A stretch of DNA of 64,000 bases from Calditrichota bacterium. GTDB taxonomy: Bacteria; Electryoneota; RPQS01. Under the pieces are notes generated by a model that ran no database searches, was not told the DNA's origin, and saw only the letters and a program-made list of their open reading frames with translations. This document shows, one piece after another, positions 19,444 to 29,522 of this stretch (its first letter is position 1; each line of letters opens with the position of its first letter). The position numbers and the translations under genes were made by a program. The stretch is taken from assembly GCA_020637395.1 (NCBI GenBank), contig JACJWA010000001.1, positions 1,711,228 through 1,775,227 on the forward strand, read 5' to 3'.

Positions 19444-20472
19444 CTAACTTTCCGCGCCGATCTGAACTTCGCGGTTCTCCGCCGCAGAGCGATACGTTGC
19501 CTCGATCACTTCAAGCATGTGAGCGGCGTCTTCGGCAGGCGAGACCAACTTCGCCTTGCCATTGATCACATTGTGAAAGTGCTCGAACTCATACTCGAAG
19601 GATTTGTTGTAGAGCGACTGAGCACGAAGCTGCGGTCCGGCGGGAGTGACATTCACCAGACTGCCGTGAATCTCTTTGGTGATCTTTAGCGGATTCAGTT
19701 CCGCGAGTCCCTTGTTGCCGCTGAAGACCGTCATCGCCGCGGACTCGTCAGAAAGATAAGCCCACGTCGAATTGAGCTGTAGTGCGGCGCCACCATGGAA
19801 ACAGAAATAGGCCGAAAATGTGTCTTCGACTCGCAGATTCAATCGGTCCTTGGAGGTTGTGGCGGTCACGCGTTTTACTTTCGGACGACCCAGAACCCAC
19901 CAGCACATGTCCAGCAATTGCAGTCCGAGATCCATCAGCACTCCGCCGCCGGAGATGCGCGATTCATGCAGCCACGGACTGCGGGACCAAGTTTCTTTGC
20001 GCTTCAGCCAATTCGCTCGCACCACGCGCACGTGTCCCAGCTCTCCGCCCTGAATAAACTCGTGCAGCACCATCACGTCCGGTCTGAAGCGGAGATTCAT
20101 GCCGACCATCAGCACACGCCCCGCTTTCTTGGCGGCCTCTGCCATGCGATACGCTTCTTCAGATTTGCGGGCCATCGGCTTTTCCACCAGGACGTGCTTT
20201 CCGGCGGCCAACGCCGCAAGAGTCAGAGCAAGATGCGCATTGGTGGGGGTGTTGATGTGCACGGCGTCAATATCGGGATCCGCGAGCAGTTTCTCCGCAT
20301 CGCGATAACACGTGGGAATCTTTGCTTTCTCCGAAATCGCCGCCGCTTTGGCATAGTCGCTGTCCGCAATGGCTACCAAGTCCGCCGACGCACTCTTCTT
20401 GAGCAAGGGGATGTGAAAGAGCTGGCTGACTCCTCCCGCTCCGATGATGCCGATTCTGAGTTTCTCTGACAT
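19444..20472 (-). CDS. Gfo/Idh/MocA-family NAD(P)-dependent oxidoreductase
   Basis: IGIIGAGGVSQ Rossmann motif, and AVHINTPTNAHLALTLAALAAGKHVLVEKP. Confidence 0.88.
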   Translation of the reverse strand: MSEKLRIGIIGAGGVSQLFHIPLLKKSASADLVAIADSDYAKAAAISEKAKIPTCYRDAEKLLADPDIDAVHINTPTNAHLALTLAALAAGKHVLVEKPMARKSEEAYRMAEAAKKAGRVLMVGMNLRFRPDVMVLHEFIQGGELGHVRVVRANWLKRKETWSRSPWLHESRISGGGVLMDLGLQLLDMCWWVLGRPKVKRVTATTSKDRLNLRVEDTFSAYFCFHGGAALQLNSTWAYLSDESAAMTVFSGNKGLAELNPLKITKEIHGSLVNVTPAGPQLRAQSLYNKSFEYEFEHFHNVINGKAKLVSPAEDAAHMLEVIEATYRSAAENREVQIGAES

Positions 20473-20489
20473 GCTACAATTTCATCCGC

Positions 20490-20903
20490 TTAGGTGCGAT
20501 TCCGTTCATCCAGAAACGACTGCAGCAGCATTACCGCTGCCGCCATGTCGAGTTTTCCACGTTGTTTGCGCTGCGAGATTCCAATCTGTGACAGGGCGGT
20601 ACTGGCTGAATACGACGTGAACCGCTCGTCATGCAGTTCCACGGGAACCCCCGTTTGGGCGACGCGCTCCGCAAACTTGCGAGCCGCCGCGGCCGAAGCT
20701 CCTTCCTCGCCTTTCAGAGACACCGGCAGACCGACGACGATCAGAGTGATGTCGTCCTCCCGAATGGTCTTGGCCAGCAATAGAGAGAAAGAGGATTCGT
20801 CGGCGGGCCAAACTGCAAGTCCAACCGCCAATCGCCTCGCTTCATCCGATATCGCTACTCCGATCCGGCGCGTTCCCCAGTCCAGGCCGAGAACGCGCGA
20901 CAT
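20490..20903 (-). CDS. ruvX: Holliday-junction-resolvase-like nuclease RuvX/YqgF
   Basis: LGLDWGTRRIGVAISD, and DERFTS. Confidence 0.9.
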   Translation of the reverse strand: MSRVLGLDWGTRRIGVAISDEARRLAVGLAVWPADESSFSLLLAKTIREDDITLIVVGLPVSLKGEEGASAAAARKFAERVAQTGVPVELHDERFTSYSASTALSQIGISQRKQRGKLDMAAAVMLLQSFLDERNRT

Positions 20904-20905
20904 CC

Positions 20906-21232
20906 CTAAATCTCGCCCGCGGGGATCTGATCCAGCGGAGTCTTGAGCGACTCCTTGAGCAGTTTGCCCGGTTTGAAATGAGTTTTGCGCCGCGCCGCAA
21001 CGTAGATGATTTCGTTCGTCTTGGGGTTGCGCGCCTTTGGCTTGGGCTTGGTCTTCTTCACTTCGAAGACCCCGAAGTCACGGATCTCGATCCGCAGCTC
21101 CGGTTCGTCGCCGGCCATGATTTCGCGCAGCACAGTGAACGTGTCATTCACCACCTTGGCAACCGTGTCGGGCCGCTCATTGCTCCGCAGGGCTACACGC
21201 TCTACCACATCTTTCTTGATGTAAGTTCGCAT
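20906..21232 (-). CDS. HU/IHF-family DNA-binding protein
   Basis: RIEIRDFGVFEVKKTKPKPKARNPKTNEIIYVAARRKTHFKPGKLLK (the IHF arm). Confidence 0.88.
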   Translation of the reverse strand: MRTYIKKDVVERVALRSNERPDTVAKVVNDTFTVLREIMAGDEPELRIEIRDFGVFEVKKTKPKPKARNPKTNEIIYVAARRKTHFKPGKLLKESLKTPLDQIPAGEI

Positions 21233-21306
21233 TCAGCCTCCTCCGCTGTTCCTCTGAGATTTGCTATCTGAGTTGTTTTGCAATTTCAATATCCGTTCCG
21301 GTATCT

Positions 21307-23568
21307 CTACATCGGGTGCATGCCGGACGGGATTTCCTCGTCCAGCCGCTCCACGTGAATAACGCCGGGAATCGCGCGCATCCGCTTCAGCACTCGCTGA
21401 AGGTGCAGCAGCGATTTCACTTCCAATACGAAGCGGCCCACCGCAAACATGTCTTCCCGCTTCATTTCAATGTACATGATGTTCACATCTTCCTTCGCCA
21501 GCGAAACCGTGAGATCGCCCAACAACTGCGCGCGATCTTCCGCCATAATGCGCACGCGCACATTGAACTTCGCTTCGCGGTCCGCATCCCACTCGACTTT
21601 GATGTTGCGCTCGGGATGCCGCATCAGGAACGGGACGTTCTTGCAGTCCACCCGATGCACAACGACGCCCTTGCCCACACTGATGAAACCCGTGATTTGA
21701 TCGCCGGGAAGAGGTTGACAGCACGTTCCAAAACTGATCGCCACCTGCCCCATTCCCTGAATCCGGATTCCCGTGTCGTCGCCCTTGACGCGGCGAATAA
21801 CTTTCGAGAGAACATTGGCAACCGGGCTCGTCGGTACAGGTTCCGGCGTAAGCTTCTTGATCACATTCTCAAGAGTCAGGTCGCCCGATCCCAGTGCGGC
21901 GAAGAAGCTGTCCAGGGCATTGTGGCCGAAGAGCTGCGCGACTTCCGTGATTTCCTTGTCGGTCCGCTTGTTGCGAAGTCTCGTCAGTTCGCGCGTCAGC
22001 ATTTCGCGACCCAAGCGCTCAGACTCCTCGAAGTGCTGCTCTTTGAGCCACTTCTTGATCTTGTTGCGCGCACGGCTGGTTTTTACAAACTGCAGCCAAT
22101 CGGGGTTGGGCCGCTGATTGGGCGAGACGATGATCTCCACCACGTCGCCCGAGCCCAAGCGCGTTTTCAACGTCGCGATTTGCGCGTTGATCTTGACCGC
22201 CATCGCGTGCAGGCCGACATCGGTGTGCACCGCGAAGGCAAAATCCACGGGCGTGGACCCCACAGGCAGAGTCAGAAGTTTGCCGCGCGGCGTGAACACA
22301 AAGATCTCGCCTTCGAAAAGATTGATCTTCAGATCTTCGAGATACTCGCGGGAGTCCCCGGCTTCTGACTGGTTGTCCAAGAGCGACCGCAGCCACTCGA
22401 TCTGGCGATCCAGCTCCTTGCGGCTCTGATCGCCTTCCTTGTAGCGCCAGTGCGCCGCGATGCCGTACTCCGCACGTCCGTGCATGTCTTCCGTGCGAAT
22501 CTGAATCTCGATCTTGCGTCCGTCGGACCCGAACACTTTCGTGTGCAGCGACTGATACATATTCGACTTCGGCGTCGCGATGAAGTCCGTGAACTTGTCC
22601 TGAATCGGCGTATAGAGCGAATGCACGATGCCCAGCGCGTAGTAGCACTCTTCGAGCTTCGGCACGATGATGCGAATGGCCAGCAGATCAAGAATCTCTT
22701 CGAATGAATAACCGCGGGTCTTGATCTTGTTATAGATCGAATAGAGATGTTTCGGGCGGCCCACCACCTGCCCTTTGATCCCGGCTTTGCGAAGTTCCGT
22801 CTGAATCCGCGTCGTCTCGCGCTGAATGATGCGCTCGCGCTCGGTGCGTTTCAGAGTGACTTTCTCAGCCAGCTCGTGGTAGCCGCGGGGATTCAGCACC
22901 TTGAAGGCGATATCCTCAAGCTCCCACTTGATCTGATAGACGCCGAGACGGTGCGCGAGCGGCGCATACACGTCCATCGTCTCCAGAGCAATACGCTCCT
23001 GCTGCTTGCGGTTCATGTGGCCAATCGTCCGCATGTTGTGCAGGCGATCGGCGAACTTGATCAGAATCACGCGCAAGTCGTTAACCATCGAAAGCAGCAT
23101 CTTGTGCAGATTCTCGGCCTGCTGCTTCTCTTTGGACTCGTATTTCAGCTCGGGAATCTTGGTGACGCCGTCCACCATCTTGGCCACGCCGTCGCCAAAC
23201 GCTCCCCGCAGCTGCTCCATCGTGGTTTCGGTGTCCTCAACCACATCGTGCAAGAGTCCCGCGGCAATCACATCTTCGCGCATGTGCAGGTCCGCGAGAA
23301 TCTCCGCAACGGAGAGCAGATGCGTGATATACGGCTCGCCGGACAGCCTGCGCTGATTCTTGTGCGCGTCATACGCAAAGTGAAACGCGCGCTCGACCAG
23401 TCCAAAGTCCGCTTGCGGCAGATGACTCAGCAGCGCAACGCGGATTCTCTCCATCGAGAGTACAAACTCCGGCTCGACCCGCTCATATTGCGGACCGGAG
23501 AGCGGCGGCAGGGCGAGCTCTTCTCGAGTCGCGTCCGCGTCCGAAAGTTTGCGCGCTGCCTCAGCCAT
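21307..23568 (-). CDS. rel: Bifunctional (p)ppGpp synthetase/hydrolase (RelA/SpoT homolog)
   Basis: HD domain HLLSVAEILA...LLHDVVEDT. Synthetase block GRPKHLYSIYNKI...DLLAIRIIV. TGS and ACT-like C-terminus. Confidence 0.95.
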   Translation of the reverse strand: MAEAARKLSDADATREELALPPLSGPQYERVEPEFVLSMERIRVALLSHLPQADFGLVERAFHFAYDAHKNQRRLSGEPYITHLLSVAEILADLHMREDVIAAGLLHDVVEDTETTMEQLRGAFGDGVAKMVDGVTKIPELKYESKEKQQAENLHKMLLSMVNDLRVILIKFADRLHNMRTIGHMNRKQQERIALETMDVYAPLAHRLGVYQIKWELEDIAFKVLNPRGYHELAEKVTLKRTERERIIQRETTRIQTELRKAGIKGQVVGRPKHLYSIYNKIKTRGYSFEEILDLLAIRIIVPKLEECYYALGIVHSLYTPIQDKFTDFIATPKSNMYQSLHTKVFGSDGRKIEIQIRTEDMHGRAEYGIAAHWRYKEGDQSRKELDRQIEWLRSLLDNQSEAGDSREYLEDLKINLFEGEIFVFTPRGKLLTLPVGSTPVDFAFAVHTDVGLHAMAVKINAQIATLKTRLGSGDVVEIIVSPNQRPNPDWLQFVKTSRARNKIKKWLKEQHFEESERLGREMLTRELTRLRNKRTDKEITEVAQLFGHNALDSFFAALGSGDLTLENVIKKLTPEPVPTSPVANVLSKVIRRVKGDDTGIRIQGMGQVAISFGTCCQPLPGDQITGFISVGKGVVVHRVDCKNVPFLMRHPERNIKVEWDADREAKFNVRVRIMAEDRAQLLGDLTVSLAKEDVNIMYIEMKREDMFAVGRFVLEVKSLLHLQRVLKRMRAIPGVIHVERLDEEIPSGMHPM

Positions 23569-23592
23569 GTGTGGACCCTGCTTGCAGTCTCC

Positions 23593-25089
23593 TTAGAACG
23601 GATTGTCATCTATCGGCGGCAGTGCGGTGTCGCCGTAGTCCACGGCGTCGCCCGTCGCAAAAGCCGCAGCCGACGGTTCGTCGGATTCCAGCGGCGCGAA
23701 CATCGTGTATTCTTTCAAGAACGTCAGAGGCACGGACCCCGTCGGGCCGTTACGGTTCTTCGCAATGATAATCTCGGCCAGACCCTCTATCGGATAAGAG
23801 TGAGTCCCGATTTCGTAAGTAGGATCCTTCTTGCCCTTGTAGAGATCCTTGTAGTATTCCGGACGATAGACGAACATCACGATATCCGCGTCCTGCTCGA
23901 TTGCTCCGGAATCGCGAAGATCCGACAATAGAGGTTTGCGCTCACCGCCGCGGGATTCAGTTGCGCGCGACAACTGTGACAGCACAATGATCGGAATTTT
24001 CAGCTCTTTGGCCAGATTCTTCAATGAAGCCGACACATAGGCCACCCACTGCTGCTGATTGTCCACCATCTTCGGCGGAGTGATCAACTGCAAGTAGTCA
24101 ATCACGATCATGTCAATCTTGTGCTCCAGCCAAAGCTGGCGGGCACGGGCGCGCAGCGTGCCGATCTCAAGACCCGGTTGATCATCAAAGAACAAGTGCA
24201 AGTCGGCCAACCGGCCCGCATGCTGAGACATCCGGCTGTATTCCTCGCGCGACATGCGGCCCGTGCGCAATCGCTGCAAGCTGATGTGCGCTTCGCCCGA
24301 AAGCATACGCAGCACCAACTGCCGAACGTCCATTTCCAAAGAAAATATCGCGACGCGCGAACCGTCGCTCTGCGCGGCGCCGGTGGCAATGTTCATCGCC
24401 AATGCGGTCTTGCCCATCGAGGGGCGCGCCGCAATAATGATCAGCTCGCCGGGATTGAAGCCCGTCGTGAAATCGTCCAGCCTGCTGAATCCCGACGACA
24501 CTCCGTGCACGTGAGTGTCGCGAGTCTTCATGTGCTCGATATGCTCAATCGTGCTCTTGACGGCATCGAACGACGTGATCGCGCTGCGACCGCGGCGGCG
24601 GCCAATCAGATCCACCAGCTCACGCTGAACCTTTTCAAAGACCTCGTCCGCGCGCGCCGTCGGCTCGCTTGCGGTGGTTGCGGCTTCGGTACTCAGCGAA
24701 ATCACACTGCGAAGCAGCGCTTTCTCGTGCACGACGCTCGCGTAGTGCTCGATATTCGCCGAAGTCGGCATTTCGGACGCCAGCTCGCTCAACACTGGCA
24801 CGCCGCCCACTTCTTCGAGCTTGCCCGCGCGCCGCAACTCATCCGTGACCGTGATCAGATCGAGCGGCTCACGCCGCGCGTCCAGATCCGCCATACACTT
24901 GAAGATCGTGCGATGATGCGGACGGTAGAACGACTCGGGCTCAACCAGATGTGCGACGCGTACGAACGCCGATCCATCTGAAAGCAGCGATCCCAACAGG
25001 GCGCGCTCCATCTCGGGAGCCTGCGGCGGAACCTTGACCCCGGATGTGTCCGCCTGCCTGGCGCGATCTGATGCTGCGGGATAGGTCAC
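23593..25089 (-). CDS. dnaB: Replicative DNA helicase
   Basis: PPQAPEMERALLGSLL, Walker A ARPSMGKTALAMN, and IVIDYLQL. Confidence 0.95.
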   Translation of the reverse strand: MTYPAASDRARQADTSGVKVPPQAPEMERALLGSLLSDGSAFVRVAHLVEPESFYRPHHRTIFKCMADLDARREPLDLITVTDELRRAGKLEEVGGVPVLSELASEMPTSANIEHYASVVHEKALLRSVISLSTEAATTASEPTARADEVFEKVQRELVDLIGRRRGRSAITSFDAVKSTIEHIEHMKTRDTHVHGVSSGFSRLDDFTTGFNPGELIIIAARPSMGKTALAMNIATGAAQSDGSRVAIFSLEMDVRQLVLRMLSGEAHISLQRLRTGRMSREEYSRMSQHAGRLADLHLFFDDQPGLEIGTLRARARQLWLEHKIDMIVIDYLQLITPPKMVDNQQQWVAYVSASLKNLAKELKIPIIVLSQLSRATESRGGERKPLLSDLRDSGAIEQDADIVMFVYRPEYYKDLYKGKKDPTYEIGTHSYPIEGLAEIIIAKNRNGPTGSVPLTFLKEYTMFAPLESDEPSAAAFATGDAVDYGDTALPPIDDNPF

Positions 25090-25145
25090 CGCTTACAACC
25101 CTCTACTCTATAAACTCCGGCGAAGCGTTGCGCTCCGCGCGGGAT

Positions 25146-25847
25146 TCAATTCAACTTATCAAAGAGTTCCCGCAACAATTTGAAGTCGGCGTCGCCGTGC
25201 ACCTTCTGTGACATATTGCGCAGGTAATATGCCGGATGATACGTCACCAGAAGCTGCATTCCTTCCCAAGGTATCACCCGTCCGCGCAGCTCTTTCATCG
25301 GAAGATCTGTGCCTAACAGCTCGTTGGCCGCATGCTTTCCCAAACAGACGATGATCTCCGGACTAATCAGAGAAAGCTGCGCGCGCAAATAAGGCCGACA
25401 CGTGGCTTTCTCTTCGGGTTCCGGATCGCGGTTTCCTGGCGGACGGCACTTCAACGTATTGCAGATATACACGTCCTTGCGATCAAAGTCCGCTTCAGAG
25501 AGCATCTGATTCAGAAGCTGTCCCGCTCGTCCGACAAACGGAACTCCCGTCTGATCTTCATCGTGTCCGGGAGCTTCTCCTACGAACACGATGCGCGCCT
25601 TCGCATCCCCGTCGCCAAACACAAACTTCGTGCGCGTGTGTCCCAGCGCACAGCGTGTGCAGTCCTTGATTTGCTGCTCAAGCTCCGCAAGCGACGCCGG
25701 AAGTGGCTGCAACGAACCGTCCAGTACTCGTAGCTCGCTTACGGGCTGTGCCGGTTTACTCACGTCAGCTTTTGCAGGCAGATAGATTTCGTCTTCAAAA
25801 AGAGCGAGCGTGCTCAGATACTCGCGCGCCGCGTCCGCCTTGTTCAT
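25146..25847 (-). CDS. Family-4 uracil-DNA glycosylase
   Basis: CTRCAL, and FVGEAPGHDEDQTGVPFVGRAGQLLNQML. Its start overlaps the coaBC stop in an ATGA overlap. Confidence 0.9.
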   Translation of the reverse strand: MNKADAAREYLSTLALFEDEIYLPAKADVSKPAQPVSELRVLDGSLQPLPASLAELEQQIKDCTRCALGHTRTKFVFGDGDAKARIVFVGEAPGHDEDQTGVPFVGRAGQLLNQMLSEADFDRKDVYICNTLKCRPPGNRDPEPEEKATCRPYLRAQLSLISPEIIVCLGKHAANELLGTDLPMKELRGRVIPWEGMQLLVTYHPAYYLRNMSQKVHGDADFKLLRELFDKLN

Positions 25848-27691
25848 GCGACGGCGTCCGGCTCAGCTTTCTTCTTAGCTGCTTTCTTGGCCCGCTTCTT
25901 CGGAGCCTTCGCGACAGTATCGCCTGATTCATCAGGCTTTGCCGCGCGCTTTTTCGACGCCTTCTTCGCAGGCTTCGGTTTAGCTTCCTCGGCGACCACG
26001 GGTTGTGCCGCTGGCGGCGCGTCGGTTTTCACCTCTGCTTTCTTCTTGCCGCGCGAAGATTTCTTTTTCTTCGCCTTCTCCGGCTGATCCGCCAAAACAA
26101 CTGCCGTTGTCTTCGCTGCGACCGGTTCGGGAGCGGGTTTCAGTTCGGGCTTATGCTCTGAACTCTGAGGACCGGTTTGCTTGGCGGCTATGGCGGCAGC
26201 CTGACGTTCGCGACGCTCGCGCGCGCGGCGTCCGCCACGGCGAGACTTCTTCTTGCCACCCGGAGCAGGAGACATTGCCGCAGGCTTGGGAGCGGAGCCA
26301 TTCGCGACGCCTGCAGAGTCGTCCGCCTCTTCAATGTCCAATCCATCCAGGTCCACCAAACCGGGACCCGGTACAGGCAACTCTTCCGCGGCATCAAGCT
26401 CCAGGTCCAGATCCAGTTCGAGATCCTGCTCCGGCTCGGGCAACGGATTGCGATAAATTTCCATCACCGCATTCAGAATCTCGCGGGCAACTTCGCGCTT
26501 GCTTTGCAGCGGCAAGTCCTGCACATTCCCCGTGCGATGAATGATGAAAACTTGATTCGTCTCGCCCTGAAATCCGCTGCCCTTGACCAACGGATTGTTG
26601 GCGACTACAATGTCCAAATGCTTTTCGCGCAGCTTGCGCAGCGCGTTTTCCAGCACGTTCTCAGTCTCAAGAGCAAAACCGACGATGATTCGGTTGCCTT
26701 TGTTCTGAGACATGCTCTTCAGAATATCTTCCGTGGGAACCAGATGCACTTCAGGATCGGGCTGACCCTTCTTGATCTTGTTCTCCATCGTCGAAGCAAA
26801 CGTGTAGTCGCTCACCGCCGCGGACATCAAAAGCATATTGCAGTGCTGAAACTCGCGCTTCACGGATTGAGCCATCTGAGACGCAGTCGTAATGCGAATG
26901 ACGCGCATGCCGCTCGGTGGAATAACGTCAGTTGGTCCGCAAACCAGAGTGACGTCTGCTCCGCGTTCGCGAGCTTCTTCAGCCAAAGCAAAGCCCATTC
27001 TGCCGGAGGCGCGATTGGTCAGGACACGAACGGGATCCCAACTCTCTTCCGTCCGCCCTGCCGTCACCAGCACGCGCACTCCGCGCAAATCCTGAGGTGC
27101 ACTGAGCAGATGCCGAACTTCCGCGAAAATCGTTTCAGGCTCCGCCAACCGCCCAACACCCGGGTCCTCACCCGGTCGAGCCATCTCTCCTTCTTCAGGA
27201 GGAACGATGCGATAGCCGTGGCGCTTCAGCAGACCGACATTTTCCTGCACTGCGGGGTTTGCCCACATGCGCGGGTTCATCGCCGGACAAATCAGTCTTC
27301 TGCGCTCGCACGCCAGAAGAATCGTGGTCAAAAGATCGTCGCCAAATCCATGCGCAACCCGCGCAATGTGATCGGCAGTCGCGGGAGCCACCACCACCAC
27401 GTCCGCCCAAGTCGAGAGCTCCGTATGCCACGGGGACTCTTGCCCCGGCTGCGGAAACATCTCCACGAAAACCGTGCGTGCCGTGATCGCTTCAAACGTC
27501 AGCGGAGTCACGAACTTCGTCGCCGACGGCGTCATGACGACCTGCACCTTGGCCCCGGCCTGAATCAGCAAGCGCGCGAGTTCCACCGCTTTGTAGGCGG
27601 CAATTCCCGCTGTCACTCCCAGAAGTATTCTGCGTCCCGCAAGATCACCCGATGGGCGCGAGTCCCGCTCGGGACGACGGTTACTCTTCAT
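25844..27691 (-). CDS. coaBC: Bifunctional phosphopantothenoylcysteine decarboxylase / phosphopantothenate-cysteine ligase with a C-terminal acidic-then-Lys/Ala/Pro-rich extension of about 200 aa
   Basis: GVTAGIAAYK (the flavoprotein half) and SAAVSDY (the CoaB half). The ATG at 27691 (MKSNRRP) is preferred over 27751. The tail continues in frame with no stop. Confidence 0.9.
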   Translation of the reverse strand: MKSNRRPERDSRPSGDLAGRRILLGVTAGIAAYKAVELARLLIQAGAKVQVVMTPSATKFVTPLTFEAITARTVFVEMFPQPGQESPWHTELSTWADVVVVAPATADHIARVAHGFGDDLLTTILLACERRRLICPAMNPRMWANPAVQENVGLLKRHGYRIVPPEEGEMARPGEDPGVGRLAEPETIFAEVRHLLSAPQDLRGVRVLVTAGRTEESWDPVRVLTNRASGRMGFALAEEARERGADVTLVCGPTDVIPPSGMRVIRITTASQMAQSVKREFQHCNMLLMSAAVSDYTFASTMENKIKKGQPDPEVHLVPTEDILKSMSQNKGNRIIVGFALETENVLENALRKLREKHLDIVVANNPLVKGSGFQGETNQVFIIHRTGNVQDLPLQSKREVAREILNAVMEIYRNPLPEPEQDLELDLDLELDAAEELPVPGPGLVDLDGLDIEEADDSAGVANGSAPKPAAMSPAPGGKKKSRRGGRRARERRERQAAAIAAKQTGPQSSEHKPELKPAPEPVAAKTTAVVLADQPEKAKKKKSSRGKKKAEVKTDAPPAAQPVVAEEAKPKPAKKASKKRAAKPDESGDTVAKAPKKRAKKAAKKKAEPDAVA

Positions 27692-27986
27692 ACTTCTTCT
27701 GAATCTTGTCGTCCACCATTTCGCGCAGAGACAAAACGACCGGCTTGTCAAAGACCAGACGCTCGCGCTCGATCTCTTCGATCTCTACAGAATCGTCGCC
27801 GCTTTCCGCGCGAGCGCGGGCGGCTGCCTGTTCGAGCATTTCGGTCTGACCCAAGTGACGATCCACGCGGCGTTTCTGCAACTCGCCAATCTGGCGAGCG
27901 CGGCGCGAGATGATCAACACGGCCTCGTAAATATTCTCCGCCTTGCCGACGAAGGACTCGGGATGTGTGTCGAGTGTGTAAGCCAT
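27681..27986 (-). CDS. rpoZ: DNA-directed RNA polymerase subunit omega
   Basis: NIYEAVLIISRRARQI. Confidence 0.88.
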   Translation of the reverse strand: MAYTLDTHPESFVGKAENIYEAVLIISRRARQIGELQKRRVDRHLGQTEMLEQAAARARAESGDDSVEIEEIERERLVFDKPVVLSLREMVDDKIQKKYEE

Positions 27987-28046
27987 TTCTTCCTTGTTTC
28001 GTTTTCTGCCGGATCCCCCCCCGTTGTCCGGGAATCCATATTCTTG

Positions 28047-28646
28047 CTATGCCGAGGGAAAGCGCCGCGCAATGCACGCGAGCACGTCCGCCACGGCCTG
28101 ATCCACTTCCTGATTGACAATCACGCAGTCGAACGTCTCGGCCTGCGCAAGCTCCATCTCCGCGCGTGACAGCCGCCGCGCGATGACCTCCGGTGATTCC
28201 GTCCCGCGCTTCGTCAGTCGCTCCTTCAAAATCTCCAGCGACGGCGGACGAATGAACACCGAAAGCGCTTCGGGATACGCGCGCTTTACGCTTGCGGCAC
28301 CCTTTACATCCAAATCGAGCAGCAGCACTCTTCCGCTATCGAGGGCTTCGTCAACGCTCGTGCGCAGCGTGCCGTACAGATTGCCGTGAACTTCCTCATG
28401 CTCGAGAAACTCACCGGCGGCCACTCTGCGCTCAAACTCTTTCCGTGGGAGAAAATAGTAGTCTTCGCCATCCACTTCACCTGCCCGCGGCGCGCGAGTG
28501 GTGGCACTGCAGGAAAACATCCATTCGGGATGCCGCGCGCGAACCGCTCTGATCACGGTGGTCTTTCCGCCGCCAGCCGGCGCGGCAAACACCACCAGAC
28601 AACCCCGACTACTCAAGATTCTGAACCTGCTCCCGGAGCCGTTCAA
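28047..28646 (-). CDS. gmk: Guanylate kinase
   Basis: APAGGGKTT, and SATTRAPRAGEVDGEDYYF. An alternative TTG start at 28616 would give an 8-nt overlap with the yicC stop. Confidence 0.92.
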   Translation of the reverse strand: MNGSGSRFRILSSRGCLVVFAAPAGGGKTTVIRAVRARHPEWMFSCSATTRAPRAGEVDGEDYYFLPRKEFERRVAAGEFLEHEEVHGNLYGTLRTSVDEALDSGRVLLLDLDVKGAASVKRAYPEALSVFIRPPSLEILKERLTKRGTESPEVIARRLSRAEMELAQAETFDCVIVNQEVDQAVADVLACIARRFPSA

Positions 28647-29487
28647 TTTCTTCGCGAATACTCACGGTCAAATGCGAGACTTCAAGGCTCGACGTCTTGG
28701 ACGCAATCGTGTTCGCCTCTCGGTTCATTTCCTGAAGCAGAAAACCCAGCCGCTTGCCCACTTGCCCCGAAGGCGCGGTCAGCGTCTTGCGAAACGCATT
28801 CAAGTGTCCGTCCAGCCGGACGCATTCTTCCGTAATGTCCAACCGGTCCGCGATCAAGGCAAGCTCCAACTCGAGACGATTCTCATCATACGAGTCATTC
28901 GCCACGAGACGCTGCACACGGTCCTTCAGTTTTTCAAGGGCGCGAGTCGGAAGACCTTCCTGAGCTTGTTTCACGTCACTCAATGCACCCGAAATCAAAT
29001 CGAGCCTTCCCAGCATGTCGCGTGTCAGCACCTCGCCCTCTTGCTGGCGCATCGTCCGCAGATTCTCGATGGCTTTTTCGGTCGCCGCCATGGACAGACT
29101 CAGAAGACGTTCGGCAACTTCAGGCGGATCCACCGGAGTGATTACCTCGGGAAACTGCAGCAGATGATCCAGATGCACGGCTTCCTGAATCTGAAGCTCT
29201 GCGCACAAGTCCTTGAGTTGTCCGCTTACGCGACGAGCCGCTTCAAAATCTATGCGCGCCGCAACCGTGGACCCCGCGCGATTTTCTGAAAGCGTCAGCG
29301 AAATCTTGCCGCGCTCGACGCTCTTGCGGCAGAGTTCGCGCAGTTCGGCCTCGAAGACAATCAGTGTGCGCGGCGCGCGAAACCCAAAGTCAAAGTAGCG
29401 GTTGTTGAGCGTGCGCAATTCCGCGCTGATGCTCAGGCCATTGTCCGAAACCTCGCCCCGCCCGAAACCGGTCATCGAGAATATCAT
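28609..29487 (-). CDS. yicC: YicC-family stress-induced protein
   Basis: N-terminus SMTGFGRGE, and the C-terminal LLQEMNREANTIASK block. Confidence 0.9.
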   Translation of the reverse strand: MIFSMTGFGRGEVSDNGLSISAELRTLNNRYFDFGFRAPRTLIVFEAELRELCRKSVERGKISLTLSENRAGSTVAARIDFEAARRVSGQLKDLCAELQIQEAVHLDHLLQFPEVITPVDPPEVAERLLSLSMAATEKAIENLRTMRQQEGEVLTRDMLGRLDLISGALSDVKQAQEGLPTRALEKLKDRVQRLVANDSYDENRLELELALIADRLDITEECVRLDGHLNAFRKTLTAPSGQVGKRLGFLLQEMNREANTIASKTSSLEVSHLTVSIREEIERLREQVQNLE

Positions 29488-29522
29488 GTGCTTCCTAAGC
29501 GGGTAAGGTTCGATACATTCTT

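Noticed and set aside
26177-27913. A 578-aa + strand ORF antisense to coaBC/rpoZ. Similar long antisense ORFs occur at 50722-52752, 62255-63661, 22747-23931, 17804-18964, 9560-10468, 12251-13111, 38487-39512, 40853-41986, 47215-48324, 54878-55999 and 57439-58380.
   Set aside because: These are typical shadow ORFs of a GC-rich genome. They are Arg/His/Gln/Leu-rich, have no recognisable motifs or RBS, and each lies exactly opposite a well-supported gene.
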